Notes under the pieces: model-generated | What the model saw: only the letters and a program-made list of their open reading frames with translations | Told to the model about the DNA's origin: nothing | The model's database searches: none | In this document: piece by piece, positions 18,631 through 28,385 of the stretch | How positions within the stretch are numbered: position 1 is the stretch's first letter | How the letters are laid out: every line of letters starts with the position of its first letter | Translations under genes and position numbers: made by a program | Assembly: GCA_963840855.1 (NCBI GenBank) | Contig: CAWJBB010000012.1 | Location: 1 to 46,742, forward strand | Source: an uncultured delta proteobacterium | GTDB taxonomy: Bacteria; Desulfobacterota; Binatia; UBA9968 | DNA length: 46,742 nt | Reading direction: 5' to 3'

Positions 18631-18673
18631 GCCAGGGAAGGCGTGCTCTGGACGAACAAGTATGCCAAGTAGG

Positions 18674-18742
18674 GTTTAGAGTCTCGCGTCCCGGGTCTAG
18701 CGTTTTCGACCCACTCAACACACGAGACATAAGACTTTAGAT
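18674..18742. repeat. Inverted pair of GTCT(A/C)G(A/C)-type heptamer arrays
   Basis: gtttaga gtctcgc gtcccgg gtctagc ... acgagac ataagac tttagat; same family at 20364-20425. Confidence 0.65.
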
Positions 18743-18777
18743 TGCGATGAGGGATTAGAGATCGCGAAGCGCCAGAC

Positions 18778-18842
18778 GTAGCCTGGATGGAGCGCCAGCG
18801 GAATCCGGGTTCCCAGGATTTCGTTTCACTTCATCCAGCTAC
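18778..18842. repeat. GTAG-type REP doublet
   Basis: GTAGCCTGGATG...GGAATCCGGG..CCCAGGATT...CATCCAGCTAC; similar copy at 19730-19796. Confidence 0.8.
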
Positions 18843-18870
18843 GATCTGAGATGTGCTGATCGGTTTGCGC

Positions 18871-19545
18871 TTAACGATAGCCCAGGGCCGCGAGGAATTG
18901 CTTGAGCGAGTGAAACTGAAAGTAAGGATTGCTTTGTTTTTCTTCACCGAGGGTCGAAGCTGCGCGGTCCGAATAGTTGTGGCCGGGAAAAAGAATCGTA
19001 TCGTCGGGCAGAGCCATGAGCTTCTGAGTGAGACTGTAATAAAGCTGTTCCGCGTTGCCGCCCGGCAAGTCCACCCTGCCGCAAGCGCCGATAAATAACG
19101 TGTCACCGGAAACAATCCGGTCATCGACCAGAAAACACTGCGAGCCCGGCGTGTGGCCCGGCGTATGCAGCAGTTGAATTTCCATGCCGCCGACGTCGAT
19201 CTTGTCGCCGCTTTCGGCCTTGATCAGGTCCGACGGCGAGAGCCCCTTGAGAAATTCCGCCTCGCTCTTATGCACCACGACCTTCGCCTTGCATTTGTCG
19301 AGAAGCTCGGTCACGCCTTCGATGTCGATGCCGGAAAATCGTCCGCCAACGTGATCCGGGTGCGTGTGCGTGACCAAAGCATGGGTGATTTCGACATCGT
19401 CCTCAGCGGCGATGCGCAGAATTGTGTCGATTTGCCACGCCGCGTCGACCACCGCGACTTTGCGAGTTTCGCTGGAACCGATGAGGTAAACATAGTTCTG
19501 CATCGGTCCCAGTTCGAATTGTTTGAAGTAGAGGCGGTCGGTCAT
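18871..19545 (-). CDS. MBL-fold metallo-hydrolase (glyoxalase II-like)
   Basis: THTHPDH, TPGHTPGS, SGDTLF, CGRVD, PGHNY. Confidence 0.9.
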   Translation of the reverse strand: MTDRLYFKQFELGPMQNYVYLIGSSETRKVAVVDAAWQIDTILRIAAEDDVEITHALVTHTHPDHVGGRFSGIDIEGVTELLDKCKAKVVVHKSEAEFLKGLSPSDLIKAESGDKIDVGGMEIQLLHTPGHTPGSQCFLVDDRIVSGDTLFIGACGRVDLPGGNAEQLYYSLTQKLMALPDDTILFPGHNYSDRAASTLGEEKQSNPYFQFHSLKQFLAALGYR

Positions 19546-19609
19546 TGCTTCGAACAAGATTTAGATTCTCACTTTTCGAATGTTGAATAAAACCACTTTA
19601 AAAAATTGC

Positions 19610-19688
19610 TCGCGCCACGACGCCAAGGCGCAAAGAAAAATATTCTCTTTCTTTTCTAAACTTGGCGTGCTTAGCGCCTTTTGCGCGA
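19610..19688. repeat. Inverted pair of CGCCAAG-type short arrays
   Basis: tcgcgccacgacgccaaggcgcaaag ... cttggcgtgcttagcgccttttgcgcga. Confidence 0.65.
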
Positions 19689-19729
19689 ATCATCTTTTCC
19701 GTGCTGGACTCTAGATCGCGTTAGTGGAC

Positions 19730-19796
19730 GTAGCCCGGATGAAGCATTAGCGGAATCCGGGGTTCCCTGGATTCCGTTTCACTTCATCCAGGCTAC
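19730..19796. repeat. GTAG-type REP doublet (second copy)
   Basis: GTAGCCCGGATGAAGC...GGAATCCGGGG..CCCTGGATTCC...CATCCAGGCTAC. Confidence 0.8.
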
Positions 19797-19808
19797 AAAC
19801 TGCGTAAA

Positions 19809-19911
19809 TCGGAGGTCGGAGATCAGGAGTTAGAGGTCGGCTGTCTTTTCGCTCACCTCCGACTTCCGAGTTATGACCTCCGATCTCTGACTTCTGTCCT
19901 CTGGTCACTGA
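19809..19911. repeat. Inverted pair of TC(A/G)GA(A/G)(A/G) heptamer arrays with no internal gene
   Basis: tcggagg tcggaga tcaggag ttagagg ... cctccga cttccga gttatga cctccga tctctga cttctgt cctctgg tcactga. Confidence 0.85.
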
Positions 19912-19912
19912 C

Positions 19913-20353
19913 TTACTGCGCCTTCGCCGCCAGCGACTGGTAACTCACGTTGTCTCCGTTATCTTGACTGACGGGAAGTCCCGAAGCCGCCCAGCCCGGC
20001 GCAATCACGTTTCCCATTTGATCGCGCATGCCGCCAAAACCGCCAATGACGTTGGCCACGTCCTGATATCCTGCCTGTTGTAAAAATCCCGCCGCGGCAT
20101 TGGAACGAGGCCCCGCCTGGCAGCCGACGATGATCTTTTTGTCGTGAGCGAAGTTTGCTTCGACGACCTTGACGAAATCGGTATTCATCATCATGCCGCG
20201 GGCGGGATCAGGAAAAGCAACAGGGATGTTGACCGCTCCGGCCGGATGACCGTTGGCAAACTCGCGCTCCGTGCGAACGTCGATGTAAACGGCATCGGGA
20301 TTCGCCTGCAAGAAATCGTGGGCCTGTTGCGGAGTGATGTCTTTGGTGGCCAT
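19913..20353 (-). CDS. Rhodanese-like domain protein
   Basis: IDVRTEREFANGHPAGAVNIP; active-site loop GCQAGPRS; GGF. Confidence 0.9.
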   Translation of the reverse strand: MATKDITPQQAHDFLQANPDAVYIDVRTEREFANGHPAGAVNIPVAFPDPARGMMMNTDFVKVVEANFAHDKKIIVGCQAGPRSNAAAGFLQQAGYQDVANVIGGFGGMRDQMGNVIAPGWAASGLPVSQDNGDNVSYQSLAAKAQ

Positions 20354-20363
20354 TGTCGCTCCT

Positions 20364-20425
20364 GTCTAGGGTCTCGAGTCCAGCGTCTGGCGTCAACCCC
20401 AAACCCGAGACTCCAGACTCTGGAC
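20364..20425. repeat. Inverted pair of GTCT(A/C)G-type heptamer arrays
   Basis: gtctagg gtctcga gtccagc gtctggc ... cccaaac ccgagac tccagac tctggac. Confidence 0.7.
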
Positions 20426-20438
20426 TGCGCGCGGCGCG

Positions 20439-21209
20439 CTACATACCCATAATATTGTACCCGGCGTCCACATGCACGACCTCGCCGGTAACGGCGCTGC
20501 CCCAGGGCCCGCACAGATACAGCGCGGTTTTGCCGACTTCCGCGGCGTCGATGTTACGCTTCAGGGGCGCCTTGTCGGCGACGTAATGCAACATGGACTT
20601 GAAGTCCGAGATTCCCGCCGCGGCCAGCGTTCGGATCGGCCCGGCGGAAATCGCGTTCACTCGAATACCCTTCGGTCCAAGATCGTAAGCCAGGTAGCGA
20701 ACGCTCGCTTCCAGTGCTGCCTTCGCGATGCCCATCACGTTGTAATTGGGGATCACCTTTTCGGAACCCATGTAGGTCAGCGTGACCATCGCGCCATTGC
20801 GTCCTTCCATGAGCGGCGCGGCGTAGCGCGCCAACGCGACCATCGAGTAGGCGCTCACATCCATAGCGAGATGAAATCCGGCGCGGCTTGTTTGCATATA
20901 GGGATTAGAAAGGTCTTCCTTGTTGGCGAAAGCGATGGCGTGGATCAGAATATCCAGTCCGCCCCATTCCTGATTGAGCGTTGCAAAAACGCTCTCGATC
21001 TCCTGGTCTTTGGTCACGTCGCACGGTAGGATAATTTTCGAACCGATACCCTCCGCCAAGGGCCGTACCCGTTTCTCCAGCACTTCTCCGGCAAAAGTGA
21101 ACGCCAGCTCCGCTCCCTCGGCGTGAAATGCCTCTGCGATCGCCCATGCGATGCTCCGGTCGTTGGCGACGCCGAAGATCACCGCTTTCTTTCCATCCAA
21201 GAGCCCCAT
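20439..21209 (-). CDS. fabI: Enoyl-ACP reductase
   Basis: GVANDRSIAWAIA; YNVMGIAKAALE; AISAGPIRTLAA; GGAGG RBS before 21209. Confidence 0.95.
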   Translation of the reverse strand: MGLLDGKKAVIFGVANDRSIAWAIAEAFHAEGAELAFTFAGEVLEKRVRPLAEGIGSKIILPCDVTKDQEIESVFATLNQEWGGLDILIHAIAFANKEDLSNPYMQTSRAGFHLAMDVSAYSMVALARYAAPLMEGRNGAMVTLTYMGSEKVIPNYNVMGIAKAALEASVRYLAYDLGPKGIRVNAISAGPIRTLAAAGISDFKSMLHYVADKAPLKRNIDAAEVGKTALYLCGPWGSAVTGEVVHVDAGYNIMGM

Positions 21210-21228
21210 GCTCGCCCTCCGCATGAAT

Positions 21229-21319
21229 TCAGAAGTCAGAGGTCGGAGATCAGAAATCGGGGCAAATTGACTTTGACTCGCTGATTGCTGATCTTTGACT
21301 TCCGATCTCTGACCTCTGT
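21229..21319. repeat. Inverted pair of TC(A/G)GA(A/G)(A/G) heptamer arrays with no internal gene
   Basis: tcagaag tcagagg tcggaga tcagaaa ... ttgctga tctttga cttccga tctctga cctctgt. Confidence 0.85.
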
Positions 21320-21931
21320 CTATTTTTTCGCCTTCGGCTTCTCCATCAGCCCGCGTTGCCAAAGATACTCTTGCTCTCCCGTTTGCTTGCTGATCCAGCG
21401 GGACAAGACAAAGAACAGATCGCTAAGCCGGTTGACGTACTTGAGCGGCCACTCACTCAATGGTTCGGCGCGGGAAAGCCGCAAGATTTCTCTCTCGGCC
21501 CTGCGGCAGACCGTTCGGCACTGATGCAGATAAGCGCCGATCCTGCCCCCGCCTGGCAGTATGAATGACTTGAGCGGCCCTAGCTCCTTTTGGCATTCGT
21601 CAATTAACTCCTCGAGCTTTTTCACTTCGCGTTCGCTTACCCGGTACATGCCGTCGTAAGAGAAATCATCCGGCGTCGCCAGTTCGCTGCCCAGGTCGAA
21701 CAGTTCGTCTTGAATTTGACGCAAGGCCAGATCGAGAAAACGATGGGCGTCCCCGGCGTTCAATTTCTCTTCGTTGAACACCCGCGCGAGACCCACTATG
21801 GAATTCAACTCATCGATGGTTCCATAGGCATCGATTCTCGGCGAATCTTTCGGCACCCGCTTGCCGCCGACGAGCGCTGTCTCGCCCTTATCGCCGGTGC
21901 GCGTGTAGACCTTGGTGATCCGGATAGCCAT
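21320..21931 (-). CDS. ATP:cob(I)alamin adenosyltransferase (PduO type)
   Basis: KVYTRTGDKGET; YGTIDELNS; FILPGG; RTVCRRAER; YVNRLSDLFF. Confidence 0.93.
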   Translation of the reverse strand: MAIRITKVYTRTGDKGETALVGGKRVPKDSPRIDAYGTIDELNSIVGLARVFNEEKLNAGDAHRFLDLALRQIQDELFDLGSELATPDDFSYDGMYRVSEREVKKLEELIDECQKELGPLKSFILPGGGRIGAYLHQCRTVCRRAEREILRLSRAEPLSEWPLKYVNRLSDLFFVLSRWISKQTGEQEYLWQRGLMEKPKAKK

Positions 21932-22021
21932 CGCATCCTCTGATTTCAACTGCAAAAGACAAATAACAAACCCGAAGACTCTGCTTCGAATTTCGCCGAC
22001 TTTCCAGTCTTCGATTGTTTC

Positions 22022-23413
22022 TCATGTGGATCTCTGAAGTTTGCTTTTTTCCGGGCCCAGCAACGTCCAAATGAAGTAAATAGGGATACCGAGAGCCACG
22101 ATGAAAAATCCCCAAAGCGAATCAACCGGTTTCTCTTTTATCGATCCCCAAACAATCAACAAATGGACGACAATAAACAGGAGCGGTACGATCGGATAGC
22201 CCCAAAGCCTGTACGGCCGCTTGAGATCGGGCCTTTTGTAACGGAGCACGATAACAGAACCGACAGTGAACGCCGAAAATAGCGTGATGACCACACTGAC
22301 ATAAGTAAATAACGTTCCCCAGGTGTTAGTCAAAATCAGGAAACAAGCCCAAACCGCCTGAAGCATGATTGCACCGGTTGGGGTGCCAAATCTAGGATGG
22401 ACGCGAGAAAGGCTCTCGAACAAAACTCCATCGCGAGCCATCGCATAGTAAATCCGCGGTCCGATCATGGTCACGACATTGAGAGCGCCGAGAATGGATA
22501 TCGTGATGACGGCGGTGATCCACGCAGAAGTCTGATAGCCAAACAGCGCCGTCGTCGCAACCTCGGACATGCGCAACGCGCCTTTCATTTCCGTCACAGG
22601 CACGGCATAGATATAGACCGCATTAATGGCTAGATAAAGGGCGATCACGATAACGACCGCGAAAAACAACGCCCGCGGCAGGTTCTTCTCCGGGTCTTTT
22701 ACCTCCCCGGCTATGTACGTCACCGCGTTCCACCCTGAATAGGCGAAGATCACGGGAATGAACGCCGCGGCAAACACGCTCAAGTTGGTTATCTTGCCCC
22801 AGTCGAACAGCGGCTCAAAGTGAGCCGCGCTGCCTTTGCCAAAAAGAATCCCGAATAAGATGATTCCCAACAGCGCGCCAATTTTGAGGACCGTGAGCAC
22901 GTTCTGCATCAACGTACCTTGACGGACACCCAAGCAATGCAATCCCGATAGGAGCAGTACCACAGCGATGGAAAATATTGTACCTGCCTTGACGGTGATC
23001 GGAACGATCGGCAAGGCGAGCGAAAAAATGACATGTTCGGAGCTCAAGATCGGAAAAAAGAAGGACATGAACCCATTCAAAATCACGGCTAGAAACGCAA
23101 TCGCGCCCGAGAATGTTACAAGGAACGAAGACCAACCGGACAAGAAACCCATTAACTTGCCGTAGGCTTCTCGAATATAAATGTAGTCACCGCCCGCGTA
23201 GGGCAGGCTCGCGGACAGCTCGGCACAAGTGAGCGCTCCCGCGAGAGCGAGAAGCCCGCCAAAAAGCCATACCAGCAGAACCCCTCCCGGCGTCGGCAGG
23301 GTCTCGGCAATCGCGCCCGTTGATATAAAGATACCGGTGCCGATCATGTCGCCGGAAATAAGCATCACCGCGTCAAATAATCCGATTTGCCGTTTGAGTT
23401 CGGTCTGCGCCAT
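22022..23413 (-). CDS. APC family amino acid permease
   Basis: MIGTGIF; AELSASLPYAGGDY; FAYSGW; GEVKDPEKN; RPYRLWGYP. Confidence 0.92.
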   Translation of the reverse strand: MAQTELKRQIGLFDAVMLISGDMIGTGIFISTGAIAETLPTPGGVLLVWLFGGLLALAGALTCAELSASLPYAGGDYIYIREAYGKLMGFLSGWSSFLVTFSGAIAFLAVILNGFMSFFFPILSSEHVIFSLALPIVPITVKAGTIFSIAVVLLLSGLHCLGVRQGTLMQNVLTVLKIGALLGIILFGILFGKGSAAHFEPLFDWGKITNLSVFAAAFIPVIFAYSGWNAVTYIAGEVKDPEKNLPRALFFAVVIVIALYLAINAVYIYAVPVTEMKGALRMSEVATTALFGYQTSAWITAVITISILGALNVVTMIGPRIYYAMARDGVLFESLSRVHPRFGTPTGAIMLQAVWACFLILTNTWGTLFTYVSVVITLFSAFTVGSVIVLRYKRPDLKRPYRLWGYPIVPLLFIVVHLLIVWGSIKEKPVDSLWGFFIVALGIPIYFIWTLLGPEKSKLQRST

Positions 23414-23558
23414 AGCGATTAGCAATACAGGGAATTTCCCAAACAGGCAAATTATTTCGCCGGCGCCGCCTATTAAGCGCACCTGCGCGAGATGCTATTG
23501 TCGGGACGGTGGCGAGCGTTCCTTAGCGAGGCGGTGTCAGAAAGCAAAGGAGGCAACT

Positions 23559-24227
23559 ATGAAGTTCTGGTGGCTTTGTTCGAGCTTATTACTGCTTGCC
23601 ATTTCGGCGCATGGCCAGGACCCCGTCAAGCGCGACGATCATCAGATGCACAAGCTCCACCGCGATCCGAAAGCGTACATCGGCGCGCTGGAAGATCCGA
23701 AACGTGATGCCTATCAGAAGCCTCACGAAGTCGTCCACGCATTGGGCTTGAAACCGGGCGAAGTGATCGCCGATATCGGCGCGGGCTCGGGTTACTTCAC
23801 ATTTCACTTGGCCCGCCATGTCGGAGAAAAAGGAAAAGTTTACGCCGTAGACATCAGTCCCGACATGATCCTACACATCAACCGGCGCATCCGCGATACC
23901 AAGGCAACCAACGTCGTCTCCGTCCTCGCCGACCCGGCTGATCCGCTGCTGCCTGATCAGTCGGTGAATCGCTTTTTTATCTGCGATGTATGGCATCACG
24001 TGGAGAACCAGACGAAGTATCTTTCGCTCATGAAGAAAATGCTCAAGCCCGGCGGCGAAGTCATCATGATCGACTTCCACAAGAAAGAACTTCCCTTCGG
24101 TCCGCCGCTGCAAATGAAAATCGCCCGTGAAGATCTGATTGCACAGATGGAGACAAACGGCTTCCGGCTCACCAAGGAGCATACTTTTCTGCCGCACCAG
24201 TATTTTTTGGTGTTCGCGCCGAAGTAA
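23559..24227 (+). CDS. Class I SAM-dependent methyltransferase with N-terminal signal peptide
   Basis: AAGGAGG RBS; MKFWWLCSSLLLLAISAHG; IADIGAGSGYF; LKPGG. Confidence 0.88.
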   Translation: MKFWWLCSSLLLLAISAHGQDPVKRDDHQMHKLHRDPKAYIGALEDPKRDAYQKPHEVVHALGLKPGEVIADIGAGSGYFTFHLARHVGEKGKVYAVDISPDMILHINRRIRDTKATNVVSVLADPADPLLPDQSVNRFFICDVWHHVENQTKYLSLMKKMLKPGGEVIMIDFHKKELPFGPPLQMKIAREDLIAQMETNGFRLTKEHTFLPHQYFLVFAPK

Positions 24228-24259
24228 TAAAATGAGCAAACGGTGTGGGAGGTCGTTCC

Positions 24260-25194
24260 ATGAAAATTATGGTTGTGGGCAGCAGCGGTTACATTGGCCG
24301 CAATGTCGTACAGAGCTTATCAAACCAAGGAGCGGAAGTCGTTGCCTTTGATTTGGTCCCTGTTCCCGCGCAATGGATCACGCCCGGCGTATCTTACGTG
24401 CAAGGCAATATGGTCAATCTGGAAGAGGTCATGTCGGTGGTTCTGGATCATGGCGTCCAACGCACCGTTGCGCTGGGCTACTACATGACGCCGCTGCTCG
24501 CGCCGGAGTGCCGCGATCTTCTCAACGCTGCGCGCGTGAACATCATCGGTATCACCAATCTCTTTGAAGCCGCCCGCCTCGCGCGTCTCCAGCGCGTGAT
24601 CTTCGCCAGCACCGTTGGTATTTTTGGCCATCAAGAAGCCTACGGGCCGGGGCTCATCAACGAAGAAACCGAACCTCATGCGCCGAAGGGCTTTACGGCC
24701 TTATGAAGCTTGTCAATAACGCCATGGCAGAGCGCTACACAAAAGCCTACGGCATCCAGATCATCAAAGTCCACTCCGCCGCAGTCATCGGCCCGGGCAA
24801 CACCGCGTTCTCTCGCCAGATGATCCAATTTCCCGCGCTCGGCAAGCCCGGCTTTGCCAACTGGCCGTCATCGAATCCGCGCAACATCGTCGGCGTCAAA
24901 GACATCGCCCAGCTTTACACAAAGATGGCTCTCGCCGACCAGGTCAAGCACGACACCTACATGGGCACCGGCCCGTCGCCGACGGGACGCGAAATCGCGG
25001 ACATCGTGAAAAAGTACTTGCCGAACGCTGAGATCACCTTCGACGAAAGTGCCCGGGTGCCCGCCTGGAACTTCGACAACTCCCGCGCGGTGAATGAATT
25101 CGACTGGAAAATTCAGTCGGTGGGGAAAATGGTATTAGATGAGATCAACGGAACCAGAGAGCAGGCAGGATTGGCGCGCGTCGACGCCGGCTAG
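24260..25194 (+). CDS. NAD-dependent epimerase/dehydratase family protein, frameshifted near 24692
   Basis: GSSGYIG; FAST; the YGLMK (YxxxK) motif is restored by adding one base at ggctttacggc. Confidence 0.85.
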
Positions 25195-25769
25195 CCATGA
25201 TTCGGCGCGTCGTTGGCGGTGGTCAGCGCGGCGCGAACCCGAGGAATTCGCGGGCCGCTAGAGCGATCTCTCTTTGATTACGGTTTCGTTTGAGGCCGGC
25301 GCTGGCGCCGCCTGATTATGAAGAGGACAGCGCTCGCCACCAAGAGCACGAGCGCTATGCAAGCAATGCGGATAGCGCGTGGCGGGGAACCCGATAAGCC
25401 TTCCGAATCCCCCGTTGCGCAGATGTTCGAGGGCGATCCCTTCCAGCCAAGAATATTTCCGTTGGTTTCGGGGGAATAAACGCCATGGGCCTATTGTTCA
25501 TTATGGTGTTAAAAGGGTTGCCAGGTAACCACTCAAATTAAGTATCGCGGAGCTAATTCGAAAAGCTTCGAAGGGCTCCCCCATCCTGCAAGTCTGAACT
25601 GATGTTGGCTTAAAGTGAAAGCCGTATCGGTCAAACGAATCATGATATCTCGCAGATATCATCCCCCCTAATAGGTTTTTGATATCTTCGATAAGCTGCA
25701 GCGCCCGCTCACGTTCGTTGATTGGTAGTCGGGACAATATCGATGTTTTCCAACAACAAGGAGGAAGGC

Positions 25770-27099
25770 GTGAAAGCAAGATGCTTGATTTCGCTGGTTT
25801 TGGCGTTGGCCCTAAGCTTAGGGTGGTCGCCCGCTTGGACGGATGCCGATGAGCGACAGTTTCCGCAGAATGCTACTTTTACAACTCTGATCACAACTCC
25901 CCGCGCCATTGAGGGGTTGACCGGGGATAATCATGGTAATCTATACATCGCGGGTTCGGTCACCGTCGCCGCCACCCCCCCACTCCCTGCCCTGTTTGGA
26001 AAATCAATCTCAACAAACCCACACTGATTACGGTCGGAAACATTGTGCCCGCGTCAGGTCTCTCCACCTGCGGCTTCGCTGGCATTGCCTTGAATGACAT
26101 CGGAGATGTGTTTGTCGCGGACGGAGCCGGGGCAAGAATCTTTAGCTCACGCCAAATGCCAGCAATCCGCCGACCGTCACTGCGCCTTTTGCCTCCGGCA
26201 CTCCGGGCGCCAACGGTCTTGCCTTTGACGAGAAGGGCAACCTGTGGGCCAGCGATGGAACGACGGGGCGGGGACGTGTTTGGAAAATAACCGGGCCCGG
26301 AGCCAACTGCACCGCCACACCGGCCGTTAACTGCGAGGAAGTCTTTCGCATCCAGCCGATGGCAAATGAAGTCAACCTAATTGATATTGATCCAGACGCT
26401 CCGATCGTACTCGCGGGCGGTGTCGGGCGCGATAACCGTGCGTTGCCGCTAGGAACAATTATCGTAACACTAACGACTCGCAACGCCGCCAACCTATTGG
26501 GTTCTCAACCGCTCGTAGCCAATGGGTTAGCCTTCAATAAGAAGGGCGATCTATTCAATATCGATACTGCACGGGGAGCGCTTTGGAAGGTGGAATTCGA
26601 CCGGCATGGAAAACTCAAAAGTCCGACCGGCTGCGATACCACATTTACGGCTAACACGCTGTGCCTCAGCAACATCTTTGTCGCCCATCCGATTCTCGAG
26701 GGCGGCGACGGTATCGCCCTCGATAGGGAAGGAAATATCTGGGTGGATGTCAATGAGCGGAATGCGATCGCCGTGGTTACGAAAGACGGAAAGGTCATTG
26801 AAATCTTCCGCAACCCCGTCAACTTGCCGCCGAACCCCGTCGTATTTGGAGTAGGATTGCGAAACGCGGGTGATCAGTCAGTAGGAAACAATCATGTCCT
26901 CGAATTTCCAACCAGTCCTTTTATCACCGGAAAAGTCTTCTGCACCTCTCAGTCCGATGGTGACAGGCGGGATAATTCTCCTCGGAGCGCTGGGGAGGTC
27001 AACGCAGGGGCGCTCGCAGATGGCATAAATCGCTTAGGTAAAATTTCCTGCATGGACCAGGAGCTAAAGATACCCGGTTTGCCATTGCCGATCGATTAA
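25770..27099 (+). CDS. Secreted SMP-30/gluconolactonase-like beta-propeller; two frameshifts (C7 run 25975-25981 and ~26144)
   Basis: AAGGAGG RBS, signal peptide; IEGLT, ANGLAFD..GNLW, ANGLAFN and GDGIALD..GNIW repeats across three frames. Confidence 0.75.
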
Positions 27100-27143
27100 A
27101 AGTTTTTATTAACGACGGAACGTTTAATAAAGGAGTCGATTTT

Positions 27144-27686
27144 ATGAAAAGAGCATTTTTTACATCTATTCCAATGCTGCTCATCGTTGGGATTTTCACC
27201 TTACCGGTCTTAGCTGACGGTTCCGATACCCTGGCTAAGTTCAAGGGCGGGATCGGAGTCATTCCTGTCTCAAGCGGGGTGGCGCCGGTGGTATCGCAGC
27301 TGACCTCCGACGTGGTGAATCGGAACTTTGTCCGCGGCGTTCAACCCGCCGGGCAGATATGGGTGATAAAGGATCTTGATGCCCACGTGAAAACGAACGG
27401 AGCCATCAAGGTCAATGGAAAAGGACTAATATTGGGTGGCGGCAACAATGCCGGAAGGGCGACGGGACAGAGTGTGTTTGCCACCCTGATTTGTGACGCT
27501 GTGCCCCCGGCTCCCTTTATCCCGCACAGCACGAACCTTGCCGGCGTCCCGCTGGCGGACAACGGCGACTTCAAAATTGACGATGTGCTGTCGCCCGCGC
27601 TACCGGTTGTGTGCGACAGCCCCATGCTTCTCATTCGCACTGCGGGTAGCGGTAACTGGTTTGCCGTGGGCATTCTCGACGATTAA
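27144..27686 (+). CDS. Secreted hypothetical protein
   Basis: AAGGAG RBS, signal peptide, two Cys, followed by a hairpin. Confidence 0.75.
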   Translation: MKRAFFTSIPMLLIVGIFTLPVLADGSDTLAKFKGGIGVIPVSSGVAPVVSQLTSDVVNRNFVRGVQPAGQIWVIKDLDAHVKTNGAIKVNGKGLILGGGNNAGRATGQSVFATLICDAVPPAPFIPHSTNLAGVPLADNGDFKIDDVLSPALPVVCDSPMLLIRTAGSGNWFAVGILDD

Positions 27687-27709
27687 GTTATTGCGGCGGT
27701 ACTCGTTAT

Positions 27710-27749
27710 GGCTGCCAGCTCCTGTGCGTCGCAGGGCTGGCAGCCGTTT
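27710..27749 (+). terminator. Probable intrinsic terminator hairpin
   Basis: ggctgccagc..cctgtg cgt cgcagg gctggcagcc gttt. Confidence 0.55.
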
Positions 27750-27831
27750 AATCGGCGCTCCTGTCGCCTTGATTTAGTTTCTTCGCCTCCTCGTAGGTTA
27801 GGGGTTGTTAAAAATTTTCCAATTCTCCATC

Positions 27832-27903
27832 CTGTCATTCTGAACATAGCGTAGCGGAGTGAAGAATCTCGACCAAGATCCTTCGCGTTGCTCAGGATGA
27901 CAG
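27832..27903. repeat. REP-like palindrome (TGTCATTCTGA...GAAGAATCT / AGATCCTTCG...TCAGGATGACA)
   Basis: Long imperfect inverted repeat; related copies at 18367 and 30485. Confidence 0.8.
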
Positions 27904-27950
27904 AAACTCGCGTGATAGCTCATTTGTAAACTTTATTATTTCTCAGTCGC

Positions 27951-28150
27951 TTAGATTCTGTAGAGCCTCTTCGGGTTCTCCCATAAAGTCTTCCAGGTCA
28001 GTTCCGCGGGCAAATCTCTACGCTCCACAAATCCTTTCCTCGACGAAGCGTTCGAACGTAAAGCTGTGCGGGAAGTCGGGAGGGAAAACGATATGGTCGG
28101 CGCCGAGAAATTGCGCGACCCAGGGTCAACGTCGCACCGTCTAAGCCCTG
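27951..28150 (-). pseudogene. Degenerate C-terminal remnant of an amidohydrolase-family gene
   Basis: Across frameshifts it reads TL-PWVAQFLGADHIVFPPDFPH...DLPAELTWKTLWENPKRLYRI*. Confidence 0.6.
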
Positions 28151-28319
28151 GACACATCGACACCCCCGGAAACGTCAAATGACCTTCAAACTCACAGCAT
28201 TTGCATTCACCACGAGATTATAGAAGAAGGAAAGCTATGGACTGGTCCGAATTCATCTCAGGCGATGAATCGGGAGCGAGTGGTAGAGAACGCGTGCTTT
28301 TTCGTGCCGCGGGAATTTC

Positions 28320-28346
28320 GTAGGGGCGGGTTTTTAAACCCGCCCT
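28320..28346. repeat. Single GTAG REP-like hairpin
   Basis: GTAGGGGCGGGTTTTTAAACCCGCCCT. Confidence 0.6.
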
Positions 28347-28385
28347 GAGCCCTGGCTGGGTCGCGCGAAATCGGGAGAAGAAATT

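Noticed and set aside
21210-21362. N-terminal extension of FabI in the ORF track
   Set aside because: It is a translation of the heptamer repeat cassette; the RBS supports a start at 21209
25501-25779. 92-aa minus-strand ORF
   Set aside because: No motif or clear start; it overlaps the RBS and start of the plus-strand gene
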